A stretch of DNA of 63,853 nt, the filler included, from Cercozoa sp. M6MM (Eukaryota > Protista > Endomyxa: Ascetosporea), in NCBI GenBank assembly GCA_040357565.1. It is 14 parts of 14 records of this genome, joined end to end, with 100 filler letters (N's around TTAATTAATTAA, not from the genome) between each part and the next. Parts side by side here need not be neighbours in the genome. Positions count along the whole stretch, not along the records: positions 51,565 to 56,121 come from JBDODJ010001108.1; positions 56,222 to 58,145 come from JBDODJ010001884.1; positions 58,246 to 60,368 come from JBDODJ010001840.1; positions 60,469 to 62,645 come from JBDODJ010001824.1; 10 more parts are not named here. The stretch is one strand, 5' to 3'. Positions 51,565-62,745 of the stretch are shown piece by piece (position 1 is the stretch's first letter; every line of letters begins with the position of its first letter). Made by a program: the position numbers and the translations under genes. The notes under the pieces are model-generated. The model made no database searches, was not told where the DNA came from, and saw only the letters and a program-made list of their open reading frames with translations.

Positions 51565-52963
51565 AAACACACAGTGATGCGCTCGCAGATTTGCGCGGCC
51601 TCGCTAGCCGACGCGTCGTATTTCGACAGTGCGTCCAGAATGAAGACCTGGGGGGAGGGGTAAGAGGGGGGGAAGAGGGGGGGGAGAGGGGGGGGGGGGA
51701 AAGGGGGGGGGTAAAAGACACCTGTCCCCACTCGGTGCACTCGTTGAGCGCCGTGAGCAGTTTGTGCAGCGTGGCCTCCGTCACGTGGAACTCGTCGTGA
51801 CCGCACTTTTCGGAAATCTCGGCCAGTGCGGCCACGGCGTTGGCCACCACCATGTTGTTGGCGTCCGACACTGCCCGGGGAGGGGGGGTAAACAGGGGGG
51901 TAAACAGGGGGATGAACAGTGGGGTAAACAGTGGGGTAAACAGGGGATGAACAGGGGGGTAAACAGGGATAAACTGGGGGTAAACAGGGAGTAAACAGGG
52001 GGATGAACAGGGGGAAAGAACCCATGCCACGCAGCACAGAGACGAGGCCGCGTTCGCGCACGAGATCCGGCGCCACGTCGAAGAGTTTCGCCACACCGAG
52101 AGCCGCCGTCTTGCGCACGTAGGCGTCCTTGTCGGACAAGGCGTGCTCCAGCGGGTCACACAGGTACTCGTGGATGCGCTCCACGCGGATGCACGACATT
52201 GTTCGGATCGCCAAAGCTCGTACCAGAGGGTTCGGGTGCTGGGGACACGAGGGGTAAACAAGGGGGAGGGGGGTAAAAAGCTTAAGCACCTCTTGCGCGT
52301 CCTTCTGGAAGGCATTCACGACCTGCAGGAATTCTGGTATTTCCCATCACAAGCCAAAACCACAAAACAACAACAATACAACAACAAAAAACAACAAAAT
52401 TAACAACAACAAATTAAACAACAACAAAACAACAAACAATCAACAACAACAAAATAAACAACAACAAAACAACAACAATAAAAAACAACAAAACAACAAT
52501 AAAAAACAACAAACCAGGATGGCTTTTTCGGGCTGCGCGCGCGCGTAGTTGATGATGTACAGATACACGAGTTTCTTCAGTTCAATGTCGTCCGTGGCCA
52601 TCGACTTGATCACCTGTTTCACCAGTCCAACCGGGTCAACGGCAAACATACAAGAACACAAAACAAGGGATTGGTACATCCGGGAAGAGCGAGCCGACGT
52701 CCTTGCCGACCTGTCGAAACACACGGTGTGAAAGCACAATAAAAGCTGACAAGAAACGACACACCGTCATGTCAGCGATGACGCGTTTGATGCCATTCTT
52801 CACGACAGCCTTGTCGAGCGAGTTCAGATCGCGACGCAACTCGGCCACTTCTCCCTGGAACAGACGCATGCAACAGCTCACAAACACAGCGATTTAGAGG
52901 CACAGGTACCTTCTTTGTGGTCAAGAAGAACTTGCCATCGCGCTTGCGGTTGCGAGACACCAT
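51565..52963 (-). CDS. AP1B1: Adaptor protein complex AP-1/AP-2 beta subunit, 3'-truncated
   Basis: [60 protein letters not shown]. Confidence 0.93.
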
Positions 52964-53481
52964 GCGGAAAGAGCGACAAACCTGCGAGAGAAAACAAAAA
53001 ACTCAAAGTCCCTGCTTTCACACACACTACTAACGATAAATAGCGCCGCTCACACCTCGTGAGTACAGGTGCACGCTGTTACTCAAACTCAGGTTGCAAA
53101 GTGAGGCCGTCTGCACACGCGGTCCGGATGGTGTCCACAAGGAGTCGAAAATTATGTAGCAAAAAGAAAAAACAAGGCCTGCACAGCTCGATTGCTGTGC
53201 TGTATGCTCTGCGAGTAGGAATGATTGCTGTGCTCTCTAATTTGGGCTGCGAGTAGGAATGATTGGCGTTTTAGTGTCTGATTGTTCCACCAGGATGTTG
53301 AAAACGTTGAACCAAAGCGGACCGGGAAGACCAAAGGGGACTTTGCTGGTGGTAAGGTCTGTAACAGACATGCGCCAGTGACTCGACCAACTGAGTAACT
53401 AAGTGTGTGACATTGGATAAAAGCTGCGGAAACGCCTCGGGCAAGCGAAGATGGGCGGTGCCGTGCGTGCGGAGGTTTGCA

Positions 53482-55843
53482 CTAGAAACGCGAAATGTCA
53501 CGCCCAAAGATGAAAGACTTCAGCCAGAACATCGGAACGAGCATCTTGTTCTTCCACGACATGAGTTGCGTCAAATAGGCACTGCGCCAGAGGAACCAGC
53601 CGCCAAAGCCAGTAACAGAGGTGCCTTTGATGCTGGCAAGTGCGCGGAATTCACCAACATAGGCCATCATTCCGCTGTCCAGCAAGAATCAAAAATGAAG
53701 GCATTTCGTTTTGTTTTTGTTTCGGAGCCAACTGAAGAGCGGCAATTAAACTTAAAATCAGTACCGGTGAGAGTAATTGAAAGCCGGGTCGAACATCTTG
53801 CCTTTCGCCTTTGCATTCAAGAGTTTGGCCAGGTAGGCGCCTACTCAATGTGTATCAGTCAATACAGTCAGTTGCATCGTTCAATTCAATTGAGATCGAT
53901 GAAACATTCGCATACCTTCCTGTTGGGCAACCTGGGCAGTAGGAGGCAGATTGTCTGGCGTGACAGCACAATCACCCAGGGCAAACACGTTGTCTTTGAT
54001 TCTCAAGTGATCATCGACCTGAGCATCCGCGCGGATGACAAATGCGAAGAAAAAACGCACTCAAATTAAAGTTTACTAATCCACATACCACGAGTCGACC
54101 TTGTTTCGTTGGGAAACTCGTGTTTTCGATCAGCGGAGTCGGTGAATTGCCTGTCGACCACTAGAAGCGACAAGGCAAATCAAGTACTCCAAGAAAACTC
54201 TTTCCACCGCAGTTTCAGTTTTAAAAAATTCTACCACGATGCAGTTGGAAGGAATGACATCGCCATCACTCAGATACACCGCCTCGTCGGTAACCTTTTC
54301 TACTGATGTGCCCAACCGCACCATCACTACCAAAAGAGACTTATTGAACGCTTTACAACCTACAAGGCGGACAGTAAATTTACAGTACCATTGCGTTTGC
54401 GGAAAGTTTTGAGAGTGTAGTCACGCAGCGTGCGATCGAAGGCGCTCAACAGTTGAGGTCCAGCTTCGAGCAGCTCCATTCGCACCTGAGCTTGCAAGTC
54501 GGGATACCAGACTGCGACATCTTGCGTCACAAAATCATGCAGTTCCGCCGCAAATTCGACCTATGTTTATAAAGGAATCAAGTGCAAACTGATGAAGAGG
54601 AAACTAGAAAAAGAAGTTGCACCGAAGTAGGCCCACCACCGACAATGACAAACGTCAACAAACGACGCGCTTCTTCACGGGAAACGAACGGATTCGAAGC
54701 GCGCTCGAAGTTTTCAATCTGCGATCAAGTTCAATTAATATCTTCCAGTTTGAGTTGAACCATGCTCAAGTCTTACGATTCGATTGCGCAAGGCACGCGC
54801 GTGTTCTAACTACAACGATAACAACGTTTGTGTAAATGAGAAAACACATCTGGACAGTTGTGTTGCGTGCTACGTTGCGCAAGAAGAAGACTTTGTCAGG
54901 CTCCACACCCGGCACGTTAAAAGTCGCATTTCGCGCGCCGACTGACACTACCCTGAGTAAACACAAACGTTTGATAGCACAAGTGTTAGCAAAATAAAGG
55001 AGTGGAAAGCTTGGAAATACAAGTCGTCATAGTCGAGATCAAACTCTTTGTCAGAGAACTCATCGCGACACTTGACTACCAAGTTTGAAATCCCATGTGC
55101 TTTAATACAGCCTTAAAGTGTTACTGAGGTTGTTTTCTGTGTCAATGTCGACACACTTGGCTTGCAGGTACGACAAACCCTCCACGGTGCGAATCGGTTC
55201 AATGATTGAGCGGAACTCGAGTGTGCCTGTTTGACGCAGGCGTAAATAAATTTATAAATTTAAGATACATTCAAATATAAAATATAGAGAAACAACTGAA
55301 GGAAGCGTGTTCTACCAGTCGTTGTGCTCGGGAGCAGAGGCGTAAACAGAAAGTGATTCCTAGGTGACACCACCGTCACGTTCTGAAAACTCAAAGACCG
55401 CATGACACCCAACAGCAACTGAGTCAACCGAAGAATGGTCTTTTTACGTATTGATTCATGTCAATGCTGCGACAGATCCGAAATCCCGCCCATCCCGTGC
55501 CCTGACAGACGAAAAACGCCAAATCGGTTTGCAAACACAGAAGAAAAGGGACTTGTGAGTGTACGAGAATGACGAGGTTTTTCTTCTCAGGCGAGCGATG
55601 CAGCACATACTCGAGTCGTTGCTTCGATTCTATCGCAGCAGCAGCTCAAAGCCGGACGAGCTGGCGCAATGCGCCTTAGCCCCATGCCATCATCTCAGCT
55701 GAGGGAAGTTTACCGAGCTTTGCGGCAGCCGTGGCAAAGCAACGCGACTGGACAGAAGTCACCAGAAACGTTTTGCGTGTGCTCGCAATTCGCGAAGCGC
55801 AAACTGACGCTGCTCGACCAGATTTAAACGCACGAGCGAGCAT
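53482..55843 (-). CDS. Type II (alternative, rotenone-insensitive) NADH:ubiquinone oxidoreductase, mitochondrial
   Basis: Presequence; GTGWAG, SPRNHFLFTPLLPS, GTLEFRSIIEP, VGGGPTSVEFAAEL, FALGDC, PPTAQVAQQEG, WRSAYL...FGRDISRF. Confidence 0.95.
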
Positions 55844-56221
55844 GGAATAGGTCACAACGTGTTGTGCAGAAACGGCAAGTGGCACGTAAGCCTGGTAGGG
55901 TGCTAAATTAAAATGCGGGTCGTGTCAAAAAGAAACGCCCCTTGAATTTGAGATCAAACCGTCACATGACGTGTGGCAACCCAGCGTTTGATTTTTCTTT
56001 GATCTTTGCCACGCACGAGAACTGTCTCATGTTCTACGGAATGTACGCAATGACAGCAACACAAAATTGCATGTGCCGGTGATTTGGGCCAGCGCCAGAC
56101 TCGCATATGATCATTTTTTTTNNNNNNNNNNNNNNNNNNNNNNNNNNNNNNNNNNNNNNNNNNNNTTAATTAATTAANNNNNNNNNNNNNNNNNNNNNNN
56201 NNNNNNNNNNNNNNNNNNNNN

Positions 56222-58132
56222 GCAGAGAAGGAGTTCACGCTGCCGGAGTCGGTGAAGCCGCTGCTGCAGAAGCAGCCGCTGGAGGCGCCGCACACGCGCG
56301 ATGCCCTGCTGCTGTACTGGGGTAGCTTGTGCTTATACCCCCTCCCACTCTGCGTATCCAGTTGTTTACCCCCATGTCCTCAGCGCCGTACCCGTTCGAC
56401 CAGCGAAGTGGACGCACGCGGCGTGTGCTGGACGTGCCGCTCGTGAAGTCGTGGTACCAGGAGCACTGTCCGCGCGAGCAGTCGGTCGAGGTGCGCGTGT
56501 CGCACCAGAAGCTCATCAAGCAGTGGGTACCACCCCCCCCCCCCCCCACACACACCCACACACACACACACACACTCTTGCCCCCCCTTTACCCCTCCCC
56601 CTGGGTAGGTGCTGAACGAGCTGCACCGACGCAAGCCGAAGGCCAAGAGCAAGCGCTCGCTGTTCAGCGCGCTGCGTCGCACCAAGTTCTTCCATACCAC
56701 TGAGGTACACATCCCCTTAATATTTGGTCGGTATGGACGATACAAAGGGACGGTACAAACGGACGTGTGTGCTGTGTACAGTTGGACTGGGTGGAGGCGG
56801 CGCTGCAGGTGGTGCGACAGGGTCACAACATGCTGCGACTGCTGATTCACCGCAAGAACTTGAACATTCTGCACCTTGACTACAACTTTGTGCTCAAGCC
56901 GATCCGCACGCTCACCACCAAGGTAGGGCAGTTTAACTTTTCCACTCGTTACTCCCTTTACCCCTTACCCCTTGACCCCCTCTTGAGTAGGAGAGAAAGC
57001 GCGCGCGATTCGGCAACGCGTTCCACCTGACGCGTGAGATCCTGCGACTCACCAAGCTCGTGGTGGACGCGCACGTGCAGTTCCGACTGGGCTACATTGA
57101 CGCCTACCAGCTGGCCGACGGTCTGCAGTTCCTCTTCGCCAACGTTGGCCACCTCACTGGTACACTGGGATCATCTGGGATCATCTGGGACCACTGCATC
57201 ATCTGGATTGACTGGGCGATTGGGTGTGTAGGTATGTACCGGTACAAGTACCGTCTGATGCGACAAGTGCGTGCCGCCAAGGACCTGCGCAACGTGATCA
57301 CGTTCCGCTTCGACACGGGCCCGGTCGGCGAGGGTCCCGGCATGGGCATCTGGGCGCCCGGTTGGCGCGTCTGGATGTTCTTCCTGCGCGGCATTGTGCC
57401 GCTGCTGGAGCGGTAGCCTTACTCCCATACCCCTCTTATCCCCCACCCCGTTACCTCCTGCTTTCCAGATGGCTGGGCAACATGCTGGCGCGTCAGTTCG
57501 AAGGTCGCAAGAGCAAGGGCGTCGCCAAGACGGTCACCAAGCAGCGCGTCGAGTCGCACTTCGATCTGGAGGTTCTACTCCCCCTCACTCACCCCCCCCC
57601 CCCGGGGGCCCCCCCCCCCTGGTGTGTGTAGTTGCGTGCGGCCGTGTTCCACGACATTGTGGACATGATGCCGGAGGGCGTGCGTGCCAACAAGGCCAAG
57701 GTGATCCTGCAGCACCTGTCCGAAGCCTGGCGATGCTGGCGCTCTAACACGCCGTGGTCTGTGCCGGGTACTCATGCTCCCACCCCCAGCTCTCCCGTTT
57801 ACCCCCCCCCCCCCCCGTGACAGGAATGCCGGTGCCGATTGAGAACATGATTGTGCGCTACGTCAAGCAGAAGGCCGACTGGTGGACCAATGTGGCGCAC
57901 TACGACCGCGAGCGACTGAAGGTTTTAACCCCGCCATATCCTACCTCCTTTTAACCCCTGCCCCCTTGTAGCGCGGCGCGACGATCGACAAGGTGGTGCA
58001 AAAGAAGAACCTCGGCCGACTGACTCGACTCTGGCTCAAGGACGAGCAGGAGCGGCAGCACAACTTCCTCAAGGACGGTCCCTACGTTTCCTCGGAAGAG
58101 GCCGTTGCTGTCTTCACGACGCTTGTGCATTG
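56222..58132 (+). CDS. PRP8: Pre-mRNA splicing factor PRP8, internal fragment of the N-terminal region
   Basis: [75 protein letters not shown] across 10 exons. Confidence 0.97.
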
Positions 58133-58245
58133 GTACGCTCCTGTTNNNNNNNNNNNNNNNNNNNNNNNNNNNNNNNNNNNNNNNNNNNNTTAATTAATTA
58201 ANNNNNNNNNNNNNNNNNNNNNNNNNNNNNNNNNNNNNNNNNNNN

Positions 58246-58283
<38 letters not shown>

Positions 58284-58319
58284 GCGCGCGCACGCGCAGA
58301 GGTGACAGAGCTGCCCTAC

Positions 58320-58379
58320 CGCGCCGAAGGACCGCGCGCCATTGCGCAGGTAGCGCCGCAACGGCACTAGGGGCTGCAT
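58320..58379 (-). CDS. First exon of a probable mitochondrion-targeted protein
   Basis: MQPLVPLRRYLRNGARSFGA followed by a gtaggg donor; truncated. Confidence 0.4.
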
Positions 58380-59056
58380 TCGTAGCAATACGCGTACGCC
58401 AAGTCACAAACGTACTGAAAAAATCGACCATACAACACAAATGACATCGACCGCGATGCAAAGTGAAAACACAGGTGTAATGATTTTCCAAATGAAAATA
58501 AGCGGCTAAAATGATCTGCACTGTACATGACAGTACCGCGGACACACACACACACAGGGGGTGTTGCTGCGACGATTGGTTGGTTGCCCCAGACGCGAGT
58601 GATGGCTACAGCTGTTGTTTAAAGTCGCTGCTGGATAAATACTTCCGTACAGTACGGGGAAGAGACATTGACAGTACTGTAGCGGAAGTAGGCATCATGG
58701 ATTACTGTTAAATGCTGTTGAAACATATGGAAACAACTCCGAATCCCTGTACTGTAAACCGTATTTCGGAAAAAGAAATGATTGCGCGATCGGCGACCGC
58801 ACCATGGAAATTAAAGAATATGCGCTTCCGTGTTCTTGGTACTTTTGTCGGTCAATCTTTCGGTTAGTTTTTTTCGCTATAATTGTTTGATTTTACGAAC
58901 TATGTGGCCGCAATTATTTCAGCACATGCCACACAATTCCCGTTACTAAAATTGAAACCAGCGCGGCCTCCAGGTCGATCCAACTCATACTTAATTGACC
59001 GTATGTGATTAAGTGAAAGCAACCAACTAGCAGCAAAAAGCAGACCTCTATCACTT

Positions 59057-59225
59057 TTACTGCTTGAGAGCGTCCTGCTTGATGCCTACACATTATGCAC
59101 ACAACGCGTAAGGACAGCGAAATGAGTACAGCGACAAACAACAAACGAACCACGGCCCGTGGTCTTGGTGTGCTGACCGCGCACCTTGTAGCCCCAGTAG
59201 TGGCTGCACACAGGCACAACGTCGC

Positions 59226-59259
<34 letters not shown>

Positions 59260-59774
59260 AGGGAGCAGGAAAACGCAAATGTACCGGATACCGCGGTGCT
59301 GGCGCACCTTCTTCATGCGCTCGATGTCCTCACGCAGCGTCGCAGCGATCTGGTTCGACACGAGGTGCAGGTTGCGGCCAGTCTTCATGTCCTTGTTGCG
59401 GTTGAGGAACCACGTCGGGATGTCGAACGCCGTCGGGTTAGCAATGATCGTGCGCACAGCGTCAATCTCCTTGGTGGTGAGCTCACCGGCACGCTTGTTC
59501 GGGTTGATCTCGGCCTTGCGGAGCGCCAGGAGGGCGAAACGACGGCCGATACCGCGGATCTTGGTCAGCTACAGTATGAGCACAGCATGATAACCACGCT
59601 AATGGGCAGCGAAGCGGGAGAGCGCAACTCACGGCGTAGATGACCTTGAGGTCGCCCATGATGTTAGTGTTGCTGATACGCAGCATGTTAGAGAACTCAC
59701 TCTCCGGCACGACGAGGCTCTGACCACATAAAACCGTAAAAACTCGGCGCAACCCTCTGCATGCCATGTACCAT
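59057..59774 (-). CDS. RPS18: Cytosolic ribosomal protein uS13/S18
   Basis: [49 protein letters not shown]; ATG-only first coding exon. Confidence 0.97.
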
Positions 59775-60468
59775 CGTTGGACTTTAAACGCACACACGGT
59801 TGCTGTTTTTGCACATATAAATAGGACAGGGATCCAACAGCGACATCCACACACGCTAACAAGATAACGTAGCACGTCGGTGCAAAAACCGAGAAAAACG
59901 AGAAATATGCACACTGAGAAGCTCAGAGCAGTGGCTAACCGCGCAATCCACGGGGTGCACACGGCAGCGGCTGGGGAGCACGTACCTTCCTCAAAAGTTC
60001 GTGGCGGATTTTTTGAATTTTTTGATGTACCGGCTCAGACCCACCGGCTCGTTCTTCATCGGGCTCAGGTACTGTAGTTTGCGCCTGGCCCAGTCTTGCC
60101 CGGGTCTTCAGTAGTTTCTGTGCAGTATCGTTTAAACTAGTCCCTGAAACGATCAGCCAGGATCCCCGCTTTTTGTTTTGTTGGATTGTTTTGTTTCTCA
60201 CAACTGAGGCAGCTGCCGTGGCGCTGACACCGGACTCGGCTGCTTCGGCTTGGACCATTCGTTTTTGTTGTCATGGCGCTTGAAGAGCAACAACACAGTT
60301 AGTTCAGTCTACTAAGAAACCAACAGTGTAGTTCCCATGTGCCAGCACCGGGGGGGGGGGGGGGGGGGNNNNNNNNNNNNNNNNNNNNNNNNNNNNNNNN
60401 NNNNNNNNNNNNTTAATTAATTAANNNNNNNNNNNNNNNNNNNNNNNNNNNNNNNNNNNNNNNNNNNN

Positions 60469-60516
<48 letters not shown>

Positions 60517-61190
60517 ATTTTGGCGATCAGATCTGGCACGTCGAATGAGTGGATACTGAGTCACCACACTTACTGCCTACATGTGCCTGTATGAGCAGCA
60601 GTGTAATTTAGTCGTCCGACACTGGCGGATAGTTCTACAACGCGGTCGAAGCCCAGAAGCACTGTACATCTCTCTTGGCACTCAGTTAAGTGTTCGTTCA
60701 CTTGAGTTGTGCGTTTTAGAGCACGGCGGAAGTGTAAATGGAAGCGGGCGTGAATTCGAGTCTCTCAAACACCACTTCCGACATGGGTATATGTGCAAGT
60801 TCCCATCGTACAACCGTATTCACATTGTGCAAATTCTCATTGTACCGACGACAGGTGGAACCCCCGGACAGCGATAATGCAGCTCGTTGGAACCACGTGC
60901 GTGGCACTGCTAGTGCGTAGCCGATGGTGGTAGATCTACTGTGCGGCAGCTTGTCGTGACTAAAGTGCGTCTACTGTATGAAAACATGTACTACAATACT
61001 CGGCAACCAAACCGTTTGCATGTTCTTAAAAAAGACAAAAATTCCTTCTCAAGTACTTTGACCAAAGCGAACCAACGGTCAATCTAGGTCTATAGAGAGC
61101 GACACAGTGCATATTGCGTGGCGTTTGGGGGTACAAAAGGCGTCAAGACGCGAGGGAAGCATTTTCTCGCGAAAACAGATTTGATTGACA

Positions 61191-61587
61191 ATGCCGGTGG
61201 AAGCTGCCGTTAAGACAGAAGGCATCGAGACTGGTGTTGAGCCAGCCAAGCAGAGCGACAAGCCGTCTGGCTACCAGTGTGCTGGTACAATCTGTGTATT
61301 TTTTTAAATCTGTCTGTCTTCTGTGTTGTTTTCTGTTGTGATTGTCTGGTTTGATGTGTTTATTCTGTAGCTTGCAACACGCTGAACAACCTGATGGCAC
61401 GCGACGCCATTCGATGCCAAAACTGTGGCCACCGCATTCTGTACAAGGCTCGCGAAAGAAGACGTACCGTTGCTGTTTTGTTTGTGGTGCTGTACTTGTA
61501 CTTGTACCCATGTATCTATGTCCTGTATCGTTTCGATGCCTAATGTTACGCTGGGTTTGTACAGCCATCACCTTCTCTGCCCGATAA
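61191..61587 (+). CDS. RPB12: RNA polymerase I/II/III shared subunit RPABC4
   Basis: YQCAACN...AIRCQNCGHRILYKAR...FSAR* zinc ribbon; 3 exons. Confidence 0.93.
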
Positions 61588-62319
61588 GCTCTCCTTTTTG
61601 CGCGCTGGCAGTCTTTCGGTTGGCTTTCAGTCGGCGATGTTTGGTTGAAACTGACAGTCGAGTGCGTGTATGGACATTGCGTTGGCTGCGTTGTTTCAGC
61701 ATTAACTGGGAAGCCTTGAGCAAGCTTTTGCAGCTAAACTCAAAAAAGGGCTCCCGACCAGAGGCTTTTCTTTTGATTACTTCTCGCCCACTCAAGTACT
61801 TCTGAACACTCACTACTCAGATCTGATGACGCCTTTCCGTCTCAAGAACCCTCTTACTGACTGTCCTTGTACAGTTTCAATCTGACGGCGGGTGACTATC
61901 CCGTCTCAGTGAGTGCTTTGCCACCCAATTAAACCGTTGGTGCAACTTGCTCTCTCAAACTGACACTTGAACATTTTTGTTACAAGATGGTCGCGACGTG
62001 AGACAGCAACGTGAAAAAAGCCGCTCGAAAGCGAAAGGGCATACTTCGCTGATTCCGAATCTGAAATACCGCACCTCGAAAATGTCGGAGCGGGAGAAAC
62101 TGAGACGAAGCCCGGCCTCGAGCTCCTCGTGAGATGTCCTGACGCGCTTCGGCACCGGCAAGACCACTCTCTTCTTTAGCCGGCAGCTTGAAAGCGCAGC
62201 CGTTTCAAACAGTTTCATCAGGATACACACAAGAACATGTGGACAACGGGACAACTAAAACCACATCTGCAAGAGTTTCATACAAAACAAAACTCTGCTA
62301 ACTAACTAAGTGGGTTCAG

Positions 62320-62521
62320 TTAGCAAGCGATGCCGTCTTCGTCGTCATCTACCATACGCTCGGCGTCGCTGGCGACAGACTTGCTGGTGCGGCGCGAGCC
62401 ACTGCGTTTCTTTTGAGAGGACGAAAAGGACTTTTTAGTTTTGCTGCGCTTCGGCTGCTGGGGCTGCTGCTGCTTGCGGCCACTTCGTGTGCGACTACGC
62501 AGCGACTCCGTCAGATTCACT

Positions 62522-62574
<53 letters not shown>

Positions 62575-62645
62575 GTCTCCCCTCAAGTGTCGCTGTTGGT
62601 GTGTACAGACGCGCCTTGTGCGAGCTGGTCGGCCTCGTGCTTGAA
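62320..62645 (-). CDS. Basic low-complexity C-terminal fragment of a hypothetical protein
   Basis: Exon ...LRSRTRSGRKQQQPQQPKRSK...DDDEDGIAC* after a (TG)n intron. Confidence 0.4.
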
Positions 62646-62745
62646 NNNNNNNNNNNNNNNNNNNNNNNNNNNNNNNNNNNNNNNNNNNNTTAATTAATTA
62701 ANNNNNNNNNNNNNNNNNNNNNNNNNNNNNNNNNNNNNNNNNNNN

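Noticed and set aside
171-58145. Introner-type transposon family
   Set aside because: Introns share only low-complexity cores; I saw no full-length near-identical introns, terminal inverted repeats or target-site duplications.
59990-60150. Possible U3 or C/D snoRNA upstream of RPS18 (TTTCAGGGA, ATGAAGA..CTGA on the - strand)
   Set aside because: Matches are too short and wrongly spaced; the region looks like a bidirectional promoter with 5'UTR introns.
59935-60258. 107-aa minus-strand ORF upstream of RPS18
   Set aside because: Overlaps the probable promoter/5'UTR of the divergent genes and has no recognisable motif.
21215-61587. Alternative genetic code (stop-codon reassignment)
   Set aside because: TAA (RPS18, RPB12, uS15m), TAG (NADH dehydrogenase, bL25m) and TGA (DUF1499) all end genes, and the apparent internal stops I traced were resolved by GT-AG introns.
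5176-62745. Regularly recurring TTAATTAATTAA palindrome as a biological repeat, and gene neighbourhoods across it (e.g. RT next to SPL or SMC4)
   Set aside because: Always centred in identical N padding: a synthetic six-frame-stop contig joiner.
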